Below are positions 1-20,689 of a DNA stretch of 64,000 bases, one piece after another (the first letter of the stretch is position 1; each line of letters opens with the position of its first letter). Made by a program: the position numbers and the translations under genes. This DNA comes from the human T2T-CHM13v2.0 reference genome, Homo sapiens. The stretch lies in assembly GCF_009914755.1 (NCBI RefSeq), contig NC_060944.1, one strand, 5' to 3'. The notes under the pieces were generated by a model. It ran no database searches, was not told the DNA's origin, and saw nothing but the letters and a program-made list of their open reading frames with translations.

Positions 1-332
1 CATCCCAATCCAAAATCTTCCTGGGGTCTCTGGGGCCCCTCTGTCCTTGGGAGCAGCCCTCCACCCATGGCTGGTGGGAATGGATTAATAATTAGTCTGG
101 AAACCTTCCCCACTCTCTCCACCCTGAGATGTGCTGTACGCGGTCTCCCAGCATTCCGTGCCCCAGTTGATTTTGGCAATTACCTGCTTGGTCACAGGGC
201 CTTTAGTGGCTGTTTTCCTCCCATCTCTCATCCCCATCCCCTGCTAGTGTTTCCTAATGTCACCTCAAACATAAACCTTTGGACTCTTATCCTTGACTAA
301 GGGGCTTTTCTGGCAGAACACAGAGTAAAACT
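1..332 (+). mobile_element. ERVL LTR16-like solo LTR, 3' part (window edge)
   Basis: Ends with the LTR16-type tail 'ataaacctttggactcttatccttgactaaggggcttttctggcagaac'. Confidence 0.5.
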
Positions 333-415
333 CACAAAACCCAGAAGTCTGCTTAACATTAAAATTATCTAAAAACTAAAAGGCTAATGATGGTATGAAT
401 TTCTTATAAAGAATG

Positions 416-708
<293 letters not shown>

Positions 709-1419
709 ATAATGTTTTAACTGATACTTTGGTTTGAGCTCAGATATGTGTATCTGTTGGGGGTAGTACCAGGCAAAAATGTGAGACAGCTGGAAAACTT
801 TGTTGTACAGGGTCCTGGGCCTCCCTTACTAGGCTACACATCCAGTGTCCTCATCATACTATCTGGCAACTGTCAGGTTGTCCTGAATGCCCCACTAGGA
901 ATCCTCCTCTCTTCCCAGATCCCTGTCTCCATTTCATAATCATACTCTCGGTCTTCCTCAACACACCCTCTGACTCTGTGAACATCTACATACTGCACCT
1001 GTGAATCCTGTGGACAAAACCCAACATGTGAATCTCCCCAGACATTCATCCCCACCTGCCACCTTGGAGACATGGTGAGTCTGGCCACAGCTGCCTTTCC
1101 CTCATCTCCTGACAGTGCCGGGTGTTTATGTCCTCCCTGGGTGTGTCAGTCCTCACCAGAGCCTCCATTGCACCCTCCGGGACAGGAACTACAGCAGACC
1201 TAGCACCCCAGTGCAGGCTGCCCAAGCTCTGCCTGCCAGTACTGGACAGAAGTCCCACACCATATGCAGCAGATTAAATAGAGACACAGATCCATCAAAG
1301 TTCCTCCCATCAAGAGCTACAGTCAACTTCCTCTCTCCTTGATTCTGAGCAGGCCCTCTGATTTGCTTTGATCATAGAATGTGGCAGAAGTGGCACTGAG
1401 ATACATGATTTACTAAAAC

Positions 1420-1722
1420 CTGCAGGGGAGAATCCTCCCTTGCCTCTTTCTAGTTTCTTGTGTGTTTCTGGCAATCTGGTTTTCCGTGGCGTATGCATGC
1501 ATCCCTTCGATCTGTCTTCACATAGTGCTCTCCCTGTGTCTCCTCATGTCATCTTCCCTCCGTGCCCATCTACGTGTCCAAATGTCTCCTTTTTATAAAG
1601 ACATCAGTTATATTGGATTACAGCCCACCCTCATCTTAATGATCTCATCTTAACCTCTGTGAGGACCCTATTTCAAGTAAGTGCACATTCTGAGGTACCG
1701 GGGATTAGGATTTTAACACATC
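1420..1722 (-). mobile_element. MLT1 (MaLR) LTR fragment
   Basis: 'ttttataaagacatcagttatattggatta' and 'cacattctgaggtaccggggattagga' match MLT1B/C. Confidence 0.8.
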
Positions 1723-1819
1723 CTAGCTTAAAAAGCATCTGGAAAAGGAACCTATCTTATATATCTTTAATACAAACCGTATTAGCATAATTGCTTTTAA
1801 TTTTCTTTTTTAAATAACT

Positions 1820-2088
<269 letters not shown>

Positions 2089-2124
2089 TCAACAAATTTC
2101 ACTTCAATTGGAATGGTCAATAAA

Positions 2125-3536
<1,412 letters not shown>

Positions 3537-4873
3537 CCCAGGATGTATTTTTAATTTGTTTGCAAAATACACTTTATAGGTAACTGACATATCATTTGGT
3601 GTCTGGAAGCTAGCTTCCTATATATGGAAAGTCAGACATGCACTGCAGAGCCCAAGGACTGTAATCCTTGAATTCTTTCAGGAACTCCTGAACTACAATA
3701 AACCACTCTTAACTTAGAGGAAACGAAGTATTCTTTAGGGTTGTCTGGCAGATCCTGGGGAAAAGGGGCTGGAGGCTATGACCCCTGAGGGTTCTTACCA
3801 CATCAGGATAGATAGACAAGTCCATATTCCTGCAGTAAGCTCTGAAGAGAATGTCAATGGTTATTTTTGTCCAGTGGAACTCACAGTTATAGATGGGCTT
3901 CATTTATGAGTTTATCATGAAAGCATTTGGTTCTAAGTGTGGAAAAATCTCTTTAGCAGCCAAAAAAGAACAGGAATTTTGTCTAACATTTAGATGCATT
4001 CAAATAAAGACTTTGGAATTAAATAAGAAGCATGATCTTCATATCTTAAATGAAATCCCAACTAAGCATAAGCATGTGCTGAGAGTTTGTTCACTCATTT
4101 TGCCATCACAGAGAAGACCAGCTGTAACATGCCACCCTTGAGTAACCACATAAAAGAATTCAAGATGTCAAGAGGACACTATTCATGGACAGTATTTATG
4201 AAATCTGTGTTAATTGGTACTGGTAGTGGGCAAGATAATTCTAGGTGTCAAACTTCAAGAGTAAACTGAACAAAACCAGGGGCTCAATGCTGGGTTGTTC
4301 AGCTGAGCAACTGTTCAAAAACTTCCTTGGGATGGTGGGCCTCTTCCCAGTCACCGCTTACTGACACTTGGCCATTGGTAGGTCGCAAGTAGTCTTGCTT
4401 TTCAATTAGCTGAGTTTTTGTTACTATTTCAGTTCTTTTCAGGGTGCCTCAATATAGCTTCCAGGAACAGAACAAAACCTTGAGTTTAAATACAGTGTAT
4501 ACGACTTAACTTATTTGTGTAAGGAAACATGGAGCAAACAGTGCACACTGACAATTAATTAGTAGGTTCCATTGCAATGCATTGCTCTGCCCATGGTCTG
4601 AGATGGTAAACTCAGTAATTTACTGTACATTGCTATAAACACCAAAGACATTGATTTGTCTCCACATCTGAGAGTCAAATATGGTTAGTTCCAGAGACAT
4701 AGACTCTACCTGCCCAAATGGCTGCACCAGTTTCCATTCCTACTACCACATTACAATATTTATCATGTTGAGTCTTGTTCAGTATTGTTCAGTGGAGTCT
4801 TAGGCTTAATTACATTTGGAGGTCTTCTGATATGAAGTATACAATTGATTGTCTGAGGCTGGAAAACTTTTTA

Positions 4874-5248
<375 letters not shown>

Positions 5249-5566
5249 AAGAAACAAAATTTGCCCAATAGAAAATATTTATGATGACGATTCCTTCCCA
5301 GCTTATCAATTTTTTTCTCAAATAAATTTTTGACCCAGAATGGCTATAATAAAAAAAGATATAAAAACCAGTGTTAGCAAGGAGGAGAAACAGTAGAAAT
5401 GCTTATATACAAATGGTGGAAGTAAATGTTACTACAGTCATTTTAGAAAATTATTTGTTAGAAAACTAAACATCTGAGCCAAGCATTTTTGGCAGAATTC
5501 TGAACATGTACTCATCTATGGAAATGTACTAAAATGTTCACAGCAGCACAGTTCATATTAACCTCT

Positions 5567-6640
<1,074 letters not shown>

Positions 6641-7529
6641 CCCCAAACTGGGAAGGATCCAAATACTCAGCAAGAGTAGAATGCATAAATAAATTATGGT
6701 GCTGTCATAGAGTAGAATACTGTGTTATACAGCAATAAAGCTGTTCCTCTATAATTGGTGCACATTTCTGTATTATGCTGTAGCTCAATAAGAGGTTTAT
6801 TAAAAAGGAATATCTGATCAATATTTGTTTCTGTTTTCAAAACATTAAAAAAATTCTCTGTGTCTTTAAACTCTATTTTTTTTTAATTAATAGCAATGTA
6901 ATTGGTCCATCTATCCTTGCTCAACTCAGCATGTACCAAACCCAGCAAGAGTGAAGCCAGGGCTTGGCATGGTCTGGGCGTGTCCCTTCTAGATGCTAGC
7001 AGGATTCCTTCCAGGTTATGTTGCAAGCAACATTGCCTCATTAAATACTTGTACTGACGGGGATATCAAAGCTTGCACTCCAAAATGGAAACCGAGCTAC
7101 AATTGCAATCGAATTTTGAGAAAATGTAGTTTTTGAACACAGTGGGGATGAACAAGAGGGGCTCAGACCAGAGGGTATTTTCTTATACTCCCTGAAAAGG
7201 AGGTGTCAGATCACCACTATAGCAATCATCACCATAATTAGCTGAGACTTCCTCTTTAGTGGTTGCTCAACACCTTCATTTGACTCTGCTGCTCACTCTA
7301 GCTGCCTGGGAGTTGGTGCCGGCATTTCGCAACACAGCCGGTCCTTGCCTACCAACCGCACTGTCTGCCAAGCCAAGAAGGTGGAGAAACTGCAGGTTCA
7401 TGTTACAGGCTGAGCCAGGGGAGGTTTCTGAGCCCTCTCTAGCACTTGGCCTAAGCCTCCAGACTTCTCTGTCATACCCCAATGGTGCCAAATATCCAGA
7501 AACTAGCTTCCTAAAGTGGCTTTAACAAA

Positions 7530-7752
7530 AATCAACTTTATTGAGGTTTCATTTAATGCAATAAACAGCATCCATGTTGTAATGGGTATGATTTCGTGAG
7601 TTTTGGGAAGATAAACATAAATCCATGGCCATAATCAAAATCATGGACACAATCGAATCACAAAGCATGTCTTTCCTCCCTAAAATTTTCTCAAACCCCA
7701 CTGCAAACCCCCACCTCATCATCACTGTAGACTAGTTCACATTTTCTAGAAT
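7530..7752 (-). mobile_element. Old L1 3' end fragment
   Basis: 'aactttattgagg...' antisense L1MB/ME 3' terminus. Confidence 0.6.
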
Positions 7753-8089
7753 AAACTGGCTTTTGGATAAATGAGGGTGGGGATGTGCCAACCTAAGCAT
7801 GTTTCACATATGCACACACATGTGTATAGACGTACTTCTTTCTTGGAAGGGAGTCCCTTCCTGCAGCTCATGCCAAGGCAGACAGCCCTAGGTGGCTTCA
7901 GAGCATATCCTGTGACCTCCTGGACATAGGGTTGCAACAGGATGGGGCACCTGACCCAGCACCTTGCAAGGAGGGTTGACCGGAGTGCTCTGCAGGGGCA
8001 GAAGTTCTGAGTCAGCTCAAGTGGGGACACAGAGATATTCAGGGGCTAGGATGGTGGGTGGTGGCGGTAACTGCGGAGCAACAGGGGCA

Positions 8090-8455
8090 AAAGTGGCTGA
8101 GCCCTGAAACGGAGTTCTCGCTGTGCTGGAGGCTGGAGCTGGAGATCAAGGTGTTGTCGGCGGGGTTGGCTTCTCGTTGGGCAGGGTGGCTTCCTCTCAG
8201 GCCTCTCTCATTGGCTTGCAGGTGGCCATCTGCTCCATGTGTCTGCACACGCTTTTCCTCCTGCAAGTGCCTGTGTCCTCATCTCCTCTTCTCCTAAGGA
8301 CACCAGTCACATTGGAGTAGGAACTGCCCGTGTGACCTCGTTTTACCTTTATTACCTGTTTAAAGGCCTTAACTCCTAAGAAGGTCACATTCTGAGTTTC
8401 TGGGGGCTAGCATATCAAAATATGAATTTGTGGGGCACACGATTCAGTCCAGCAT
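8090..8455 (-). mobile_element. MLT1A-like MaLR LTR
   Basis: 'aaggacaccagtcacattgga', 'ggtcacattctgag', 'tatgaatttgtggggcacacgattcagtcc'. Confidence 0.8.
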
Positions 8456-9400
8456 CCATAAAGGTGGCGGATGGGTGAACTCCTCCTGTTGTGGGCTGGG
8501 GGTTCAATGTCTCCTCAATGGAACTGAGCCCCTGGGATCAGGAACTGCTCTTGGTCCCAGACAGGAGTCCTGAATTTCAGTCCCTGTGAGGCCTCCCTCA
8601 GCACAACTGTCTGTGAGTTCCTAATTTTCCTGTTGCTTTTGTTCCTCATCTTTTCTTGGCATAAACCCCTGTTACCTGAGGATGACCCAACTGAGTAGCT
8701 GTTCCCAGGAGGTAAAATTATAAAGCCCGTTGGATTATAGCATCTATGGCCTAATTACAAATAGAAAGCAGGGAGAAGGGGTGAGAAGTGAATTCTTGGC
8801 CTAGTGGGAGAGGAAAGAAGTGGCTAACCCCTTTCCTTTTACTAGTCATAAAAACCTTTTTTGTTGTTGTTCTGGCAATCAAGGTAACAATAAAATAAGA
8901 CAATTATTACCAAGAGGTATTCCCTATGCCCATTTAAATCGGTGCTCATAAACTTGTCTTGGGCATACAGGCCAGAAGTGCCTCATGTGTTTTTTGATAA
9001 AACGTCCTCCCGAGGGCAGGCAGAAATAGCAGAGCACAGGCTCCGCTCTGTGGGGTCATGGGTTTCAGAGCAGCTGATAGGGGAATTTGCTAGGCTCCGC
9101 ACTTTCCTAATATAACCTGCCAAGTTTTCTCAGCAAAGTAGGCTTCTGGCCCAAAGGAATGAGATAAAGGCAAGTTCTTAAAGAAAAAGGATTCAAAAAC
9201 CATAGCATCCAACGATGAAACAGGAAAGTGTTTCTACCGTGTGGAGGAGGTAGAAGTTCACATGGCAGGATGTACTTTTTATTTATGCCTCGTAAGTCAA
9301 ACAGAACACAAAAAAGATTTGGGAAAGTGTTATTGCCAAAGAGCGACATTTTTATGAGGAAAGAAAGTTCAAGGGTTAACTCTTTTCCAGTTAGTTTATG

Positions 9401-9948
9401 CAGAGGCTGCAAACACATGGTCTTGAGGGCCAGAGCTCACCCACAGACAGGTTTTGTTAGCTTGTCCTGCAATATATTTAAAAATGTGTATAGATCTGAA
9501 TAAGTTACCAAACTTTAAAAATTAGATTTTTTGCAAGTATCTACATTTCTGATTTTCCTTCAGCAACGGGAAGACCTGGCAATGCTGGGTTCCATGAGGC
9601 ACTAACCCCAGTGAGCTGAGCAGTGGCCACACCCTCCCAGCATACCTGATCCCCACCCCACCCTACCCCTTCCTGTGACTGGGCTGAATATAAGTTGCCA
9701 ATTATCAACCCACTTGCTATGTTATTTTACTTACAGGGAAGAGGGAAATAAAGTTTACACCCACATGCCCCCACCAAGAGGGAAAATGATACAGAAACCC
9801 ATGTGTTTCAAGAAAAATAGGCAAATGCATGTTTCTTTTAGAAGCAAAGGCCATCATGCCTGCTTAATATGACATATATTGCTCTGTCCAGTTTGTACCC
9901 AGGCATTACCTGGCTGCATCCTAAAGACAGCTGTATTTGTATTCCCAG
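9401..9948 (+). mobile_element. hAT-Charlie DNA transposon fossil (Charlie4a/MER102-like)
   Basis: 'cagaggctgcaaac...cagacaggttttgtt', 'gaagacctggcaatgctggg', 'gagctgagcagtggc'. Confidence 0.6.
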
Positions 9949-10935
9949 AGCCTTAAGTCCAGTACTTTACTAACCATGTCAAGCCGTTGTTGAAGACATA
10001 CACAGCTAAGCCATCTGGACAAGAGTAAGAAGATTATAGGCTTAAAAGCTACCTATGGTCCCTCCCCATACCCTTCAGTCTCCATGCACTATGATCCATC
10101 CTCAGTTTTTAGCCTCTGATTTCTCATCCTCTGCAAAGCTGAGCTCACGTGTTTGTCAGGAAAAAGCATTTGTCAGAAACCTCGTGTAGGCAACGGGGTC
10201 TTCTTGCAGGACAGGGTGTTTTGTCATTTCCTGCGTCTGTGGGATCAGCAGATTGGACAGAACTGTTGTTCTGGAACATTCATATCAAAGTCTCTGAAGG
10301 GAATTGAAGTGTTAAGATTGTCAACATTAGTTACCATGCAGCATCAGCCTGGGGCTTCGTTCATTCTGGAGCTGGGCTGCAACTGCCTGCTTATTCTTAT
10401 TACATCCAATTCCAGCTAAGAATATGATGACCACCTCGGCAGCTAAAAGACTAGGTTATATCAGTATCCAAGACTTTCTTGATAAAAGTTAGAAAACCAT
10501 TAGCATTTTTTGAACATGAAATGGTCCAGGGATTTAAGCTTGAGATAATAATTTGCAAAGGAATGCTTTTATCCCCGGGGAGCTGTTTGGGGAGTTATGG
10601 GTGGGCTTTTTTTTTAAACTTCATGTTTTTTCATGTTTGAAAGAGCCAGTGGCTCTCCATCACTAAGAGAGAATACAGAACAGTCATCAGGATTCCTGAC
10701 AAGATTGTGAATGGCAGGAGTTGGTGCATAGGGGTAGGGACCACCCAAGGGGACCCTGGAGAGAAGGGGGATGGAGCAGCTTCATAGTTCTTATGGGGCC
10801 AGAAGGGATCCAGGGGCACAGATTGCTTTTGTACAGATGGAATCATTGGCTATCAGGCCAATAAGAGAGAAAATACAATAACAGCAAAGCACCAAACCAG
10901 TGCACAATGTTGGTTAAGTATGGACTGAACTGTAA

Positions 10936-10944
10936 GTGTGTGTA

Positions 10945-10985
<41 letters not shown>

Positions 10986-10986
10986 A
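10936..10986. repeat. (TG)n microsatellite
   Basis: Direct observation. Confidence 0.95.
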
Positions 10987-11061
10987 TGTGATGCGGGGGG
11001 GTCCTGGAAATCATCAGAATCGGATGGGCTAATCCTGTCAATCTTTCTAAGGAAGATGAGC

Positions 11062-11900
<839 letters not shown>

Positions 11901-12214
11901 ATTACATTTTGAAGTAGAAGAACAGATAGATGAATAAATAAAAGGTTTTACCTCTGAATCTCCCAGCCCATGGCAGTGCTTTGCTTTTCTCTGTTGTCTC
12001 CCTTGCTGTGCTGCATTGAAACTGTGTGCTGTGCTATTCCTCCAACCAGTCAGGAGCCCTTGTTCATGTAGGGCCTGTGAGGAAGTGGTTTTCCCACAGC
12101 AAGGTGCAGTGTGGGGGAACCAGAGTGTATCAGAGTCCCTATCACAGATGGAGGATGTGTGTGAGGAGTTAGAAAACGTTCCCAAGGTAGCTCTGATACC
12201 TACCCCATGAGAGA

Positions 12215-12700
12215 TGGCGTGAGTAGCTTCCATTCTCCACCCCTCCCTGTATTCAGGCCATCTGTGGTGTGACTTTTCAGTTCTTTCACTAAAGAGGCAA
12301 GTCTCTTTCCTCAGCCTTTGATTTGGCTTTGGCCAAGGGATGTCAGAGATGTGATGTGCACAGAGGTGTGTGTTAACACTTATCCATTTGCTCTCTCTCC
12401 TGCTCCTCTACCTTCACCATACGAGGAGGCTGGAGCTGGTCTGCTGTAGGAGGAGGCCTGGGAAGCTGAGTCCAGCTGCCCCGGGCATCCCAGCCAAGTC
12501 CATGCCCATCCTGATCAGCCAACAGCCAACTGCGTCCCACATGTTCGTGGGCCCTGCTGACATCAGAGCTGCCCAGCCTACCAGAGCCTGAATCACTGAC
12601 ATGCAGACACATAAGCTAAACAAATGCTTTTTGTTTTAAGGCACTAAGTTTTATGGTAGTTTGTTACGCAGCATTATCATGATAGTAGATAACTGATACA
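12215..12700 (+). mobile_element. MLT1H/I-like MaLR LTR
   Basis: Ends 'ttgttttaaggcactaagtttt...ttgttacgcagca...aactgataca'. Confidence 0.8.
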
Positions 12701-13209
12701 ACCCCCCTCCTTCTTCTCTCTCTCTTCCACACACAAACATACACACACACAAACACACGCTCTTCAAATTGAGAGCCACTGATTTCAGTCTACAGAAGAA
12801 AGACTAAAAATGATAGAGATAAGCTATTAGGATAGTAGGCAATTAAACAATGATGGTATGGCTTAGAGTTCTTGTGAAAAGATTGTTCTATAGTCCACCT
12901 CCTGATATGAGCGGGAGATTCTAATGCTATAATAGCTAAATTCTGAAGTTAGAAAGGGACAAGACTGAATGTGTATGAATTATTCCTCAGTGATTTTTGT
13001 GTAAAAATAGTCATTCTCTAGACATAAAGAATGTATTAGATAATCAGATATTAGGCCTACTTTTGTATTTCTTCCTCAAAATTCTGCATCTGGAAGTAAC
13101 TAGGACGGGGGCGAGAGAGAAGATTTTTGCCTTTTTATGAAAGAAAATCTTTTTTTTTTCTGAATAATGATTGTGGCAAATTGCTTATCTCTGATTTTAA
13201 CAACAGCAA

Positions 13210-13455
13210 CGACAATAGCAACTGATGGTTCCTGATGCTTCCCTATGCCAGGCCCTGTGCCAGCCCCTTCTGTGCATTACTTCATGTGCTACTCAGCACA
13301 AACTTCTGCAAGAGGAACTAGTGTTATCTCATTTTATAAAAGAGGAAATGCTCTCAAAAAGGTTAAAAATATGTCCTAAGTTTGCCTAGGAAGAAAATGG
13401 TGGACTGAAACCTGATGTGTGTGACTTCAAAGCCAGTGCTCTTTGTATTATATTC
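13210..13455 (-). mobile_element. MIR
   Basis: Core 'attttataaaagaggaaatgctctcaaaaaggttaaa'. Confidence 0.75.
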
Positions 13456-13710
13456 CATTAATTATATTATATTATTAGTTGTAAAATTCTTGAGAGAAGG
13501 AATCACATCTTTACTCCCTTTGGAGTCTGCTCCAAGTCTACTTCCCATGCACCCAGACGGAATACCCTGTTTATACTCAATAAATAGTCATTGAATTGAA
13601 AATGGAAAGGCCTAATTTGTCCTCCACCCCACCCTTGGAAACCTGATCTTTCTCCGTGTAGCAAACATCTTTTGGACTCCTCCTCCACCAGGCTCTGGTT
13701 TTCCTGCAGC

Positions 13711-14140
13711 TGTGGCAGATGGTTCTACACCAAGAGTGTCCCACTTCTGCCACCACAGCAGCTCTTCACTTTTCTGCCATGGGGCTTTCTCCCAAGCCAG
13801 GGAAGCCCATACTGCCTGAAGTGAGGGCAGGAAAGGCAGGGAGGAAGGAGAGTTAATGCTCCAGGGACATCTTCTGCCAAGGGAGTGGGAGCTGGTCGGT
13901 AAGCATCCTAGTCTCCCATCTTTCAGAGGGGCATCTCTGAGGCATGTTCCACACAGTTCCCCTGAGGGCCCCAGGTGAGACTGAGCCTAGTTGTCCACAG
14001 TGATGACACATCTTTTATTGGCTTTTTGCCTTCCATCTTTCTATCCCTCACTCCAGCTCCCTGGGATCTCCTTCCAAATGAACGTCCTGCATCCAAGTCC
14101 TTGTCGCAGGCTCTGCTTTCAGGATTAACCAAACCAAAGC
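13711..14140 (+). mobile_element. LTR16-like ERVL solo LTR
   Basis: TG start; tail 'ctgggatctccttccaaatgaacgtcctgcatccaagtccttgtcgcaggctctgctttc'. Confidence 0.75.
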
Positions 14141-14149
14141 CTTCCTCCC

Positions 14150-14390
14150 CGCCATTCTTGGTGTCTGATTGTTCAAGACAAAAACAAGGTATTATCTTTG
14201 ACTCTTCCATCTCATACCCCGTCATCTCCATTGGCAACTCAACTTTTCCCTTTCTCTATGCCTGCCCCCATGCTGTCCCCATCCCTCATCCAGGCTTCTC
14301 CAGTGACCCTACTACTAGTCTCACTGTCTTCAGCTTCCAGAGTGATTTTTTAAATGTTTATGCCACTGTGCTTTTCTGCTGAAAAGTTGG
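14150..14390 (+). mobile_element. L2 fragment
   Basis: 'atctttgactcttcc' and 'ccagagtgattttttaaatg'. Confidence 0.5.
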
Positions 14391-14699
14391 TGGTGGTAAT
14401 AATAACAGGAGCATTTATGAAGCATTTTCTATGTGCTATGATCTGTTCTGAAGATGTTGCGTGTGTCAAACTCACTTAAACCACACATACCCACACACAG
14501 GCGTGCACACACACACTGTCATGGTAACTTACACCATCTAAATCCTCAGATACTTGCTGGCAACTTTTTTCTGTAGCCAGAGACTACTAGTGAAAATGAT
14601 TTTGCTACTCAAGTTCCCCACTTGATAGACTCTGACAGGGAGACTCCTTGGGCATAGAAAAATTGCTTCAAAATTTTAAATCAAAATCAAATTAGTGCG

Positions 14700-17037
<2,338 letters not shown>

Positions 17038-17746
17038 TCACCTGCCCTAAACTGTCCACACGGATAACTCAGATTTGAAGGGGAGCAGTACTGGGATCAG
17101 AGTGACCTGGTTCCACCCCTGACAATGGTAAAATTGACTGCGGGAATTCCAAATGAGCTTTAGTTTGTGGTGGGGACACACCTTTGACCCATCCACCACC
17201 CCTACAAGAACCTGAGAAATAAGAATCCTGAGGTTTCTTTCGGAAAACTCTGTAGAGACCCACAGAGAAAAATACTGAAAGGAAAATAAGCCTGTCAGCA
17301 AACTTCTGCAATACAAACGTGGGGTAAAGCACTTTGAGAAGAACTTCTGATTTACCTGAACTATGTCCTTCAGCACTTGGTGAAGCTGTAGACGTACTGT
17401 CTTTTTTATGCCCCAAAGGCCTTATTGGGGCAATTTGTTATTGTAACTGTGGGAAACACATCACATTTGTTCAGTGAAGCAAATGGCTTCGCATCTCCTT
17501 TGCGTTGCTCTCGGTATCTATTACTCTGCTAACCATCAGTGGGTCTCCGTGGGCCCCTCAAACATCTCGGACAAGGAGCTGGAGCCTCATCGGCTCTAGA
17601 GAGAGGGAAACAGAATGAGAAGCTCGCTTCCCACGCTCTCAGCAAGTGCAAAGTTTCATCATACTCGGCTTTTTTTTTTTTAAGAACAAAAAATCAAGCT
17701 GACTTTTAAATTAATAGTTTAACAAACTTTTAAAGTAATTGATCTA

Positions 17747-18386
<640 letters not shown>

Positions 18387-18438
18387 GATTCCATTTCCGG
18401 TTTTCCCTCTCTGCATTGCTAACATGAGAGTTTCTACC

Positions 18439-18900
18439 TGCATGGGGTGCTGCCAGTACTCTGCCTACGTGCCCTCAGGCCCTTGGCCATGTTCAGGCAC
18501 AACTGTGACTGGGGTGTCTTCACTGCCAACAGCCAGCACCTGTGTCTCTTTGAGCACTGTCCGGAAGCTACCGGAACTCACTTTGCCTGCAGGCACAGGA
18601 ACAAGTAGTGCCTGGGAATTCACTACCCTTCGGGGGCAGCCCTGACCTGTGACTCGCAGGGCAGGTGGGTTATAGACTGCAGCTGGCCAGCCCTGAGTGG
18701 TCAAGGGTGTGACCTTCACCGGGGCTAAGCCCAGGTTTCTCTCCGTGGGACTTTGCTTACTCTCTCCCCTGGCTCAGGCTGCCTCCCTTCTCCGGTCTGC
18801 TACCCGACTCCCAGGTGTTTCCTGGGATTAATTTCTCATAAATCACTTTCACACAAATCCCTCTCTCAGGGTCTCCTTCTGAGGAGCCCAACCTGAGACA
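18439..18900 (+). mobile_element. LTR16A-like ERVL solo LTR
   Basis: Tail 'ataaatcactttcacacaaatccctctctcagggtctccttctgaggagcccaacctgagaca'. Confidence 0.75.
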
Positions 18901-19176
18901 TGACTCAGTTTCCCCTTCAGGGAGGTGCTGCCCAGGAGTGTGGCTGGCTGAGGACATGCTGTTCTGGGGGGCCCCTGCCAAAGACTGGACAAGGTGGGGA
19001 GGTGGAGCCTGGTCAATTCCTGGCACTTTGCCATGTCTGCACCACAGTTTGGGTGGTACCCTTTATCCCAATATTGCACTCACCCTTTTTCATTCGAAGG
19101 TGCTACTACACAATAAATCCTCTGCACTCCTAACTCCATCTTGGTGTCTGCTTCTTGGAGGAACCAGCCTAGGACG
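18901..19176 (+). mobile_element. Second ERVL LTR (LTR16B-like) abutting the previous one
   Basis: Tail 'aataaatcctctgcactcctaactccatcttggtgtctgcttcttggagg' resembles the reverse complement of 54331-54395. Confidence 0.55.
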
Positions 19177-19512
19177 GTCTTGTGAATGTCACGTTCCTTC
19201 TCGCAAGCATGCTGACCTGTCCTGGGCTACAGAGACAATAATTATGTTATACTTTTGTTTCCCACTTGGTATTTGCTTGTTTTACCTTTCTTTGTTAAAT
19301 TGCACATTTACTTTATCTACTTCAGAGAGAGGTTCCCAGAAAATTCTTTCTCGAAAGTTCTTGTTTCCCATTTTTTCTCCACATTCTGCTGGGCTAACAT
19401 TTTTTTTCAGAACCTCCCGTTTCTCTAAGGACGGGTAAAGTAGTCCCAGCCTCACTGATGATTGTCAAGGTGCATCAGGGCGGCAAGCACACCTATTTTG
19501 TGTTGGGATTCG

Positions 19513-19530
19513 CCTGCCTGCCTTCCTGCT

Positions 19531-19561
<31 letters not shown>

Positions 19562-19841
19562 TGACAGAGTTTCGCTCTTTTGCCCAGGCTGTAGTGAAGT
19601 GGCGTGATCTCAGCTCACTGCAACCTCCGTCCCCAGGTTCAACCAATTCTCCTGCCTCAGCCTCCTGAGTAGCTGGGACTGCTGGTGAGCACCACCACGC
19701 CTGGCTCATTTTTGTATTTTTAGTAGAGATAGGGTTTCAACATGTTGGCCAGGCTGGTCTCGAACTCCTGACCTGAGATGATCCACCCGCCTCGGCCTCC
19801 CAAAGTGCTAGGATTACAGGTGTGAGCCACCGCCCCCGGCC
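19513..19841 (-). mobile_element. AluS with CT-rich tail
   Basis: Full dimer; TSD ggga(t/c)tcg. Confidence 0.95.
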
Positions 19842-20036
19842 GGGACTCGATTTTCTTTTGCTTCCAGATTCAGGGATGGGGAAAAAAGAGTCCACATTTC
19901 TGAATCCCTGTTCATTTGTTGGCAGAGAGAAAAGCGGGACCAGATAAAAATGAGAGATGAGAGAGATGATGATGTTTTTACCCAAAAATGCTGTGCTTAC
20001 CTGGGCTTGTGAAGCTCCATGTTTTATCCCATAGAG

Positions 20037-20248
20037 CATAGTTTCTCACCCTCAGCACTACTGACATTTTAGGGTAGATAATTTTTTGTTGCAGATGTCT
20101 TGTGTGCTGTAGGGTGTTCAACAGCATCCCTGGCCTCTACCCAGTAGAGGCCAGTAGCCCTCCCCTGCCCCTAGTTATGAGCTGAAAGTTTCTAGACACA
20201 GTCAAATATCCCCTGGTTGGCAAAATCGTCCCCTCGTTGAGAAGCGCG
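20037..20248 (+). mobile_element. MER20 (hAT-Charlie)
   Basis: 'cagcatccctggcctctacccagtagaggccagtagc'; 8-bp TSD (c/a)catagag. Confidence 0.9.
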
Positions 20249-20689
20249 ACATAGAGCTAAAGCATCCCAAGAAAGAGGAGGCAGAGGAACAGTGCTGACG
20301 GCTTCCCTTTCCTCCACCCATTCTGTCATGGTAATTTTGTTGTAAACTCTTTTTGCCTTTAGGCAAGGCAGCACTTTTTCCATCTTCTTTTTGCCAAGGG
20401 AACAAAAGTCTCTCTTCTCCCCTGAAAGCCTCTGCCCCTAGCAGCTCTGCTCAGCATGCTGACAGACCCTTAGGTCACTTGGTTCTCCAGGAGTAGCTGA
20501 GAGGGAGGGTGACCTCATTCTCCACAGACTTACAGCACGGTCATGTGGGGATGTTGCTGAGTGACTCCAAGAGACTGTGAGAAGGAAGCCACAGCTTCAG
20601 TGCTGTAGGATAGGGGTGCCCAATTAATAAGGGAGCATCTTAATGACAGCTTAATTGATTCAGGGGGCGACAGGTCAGCCCAATGAGTA

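Noticed and set aside
740-1330. Possible pseudogene or retroelement in the pyrimidine-rich segment
   Set aside because: No frame gave a recognisable protein, so I left it unannotated; BLASTX would settle it.
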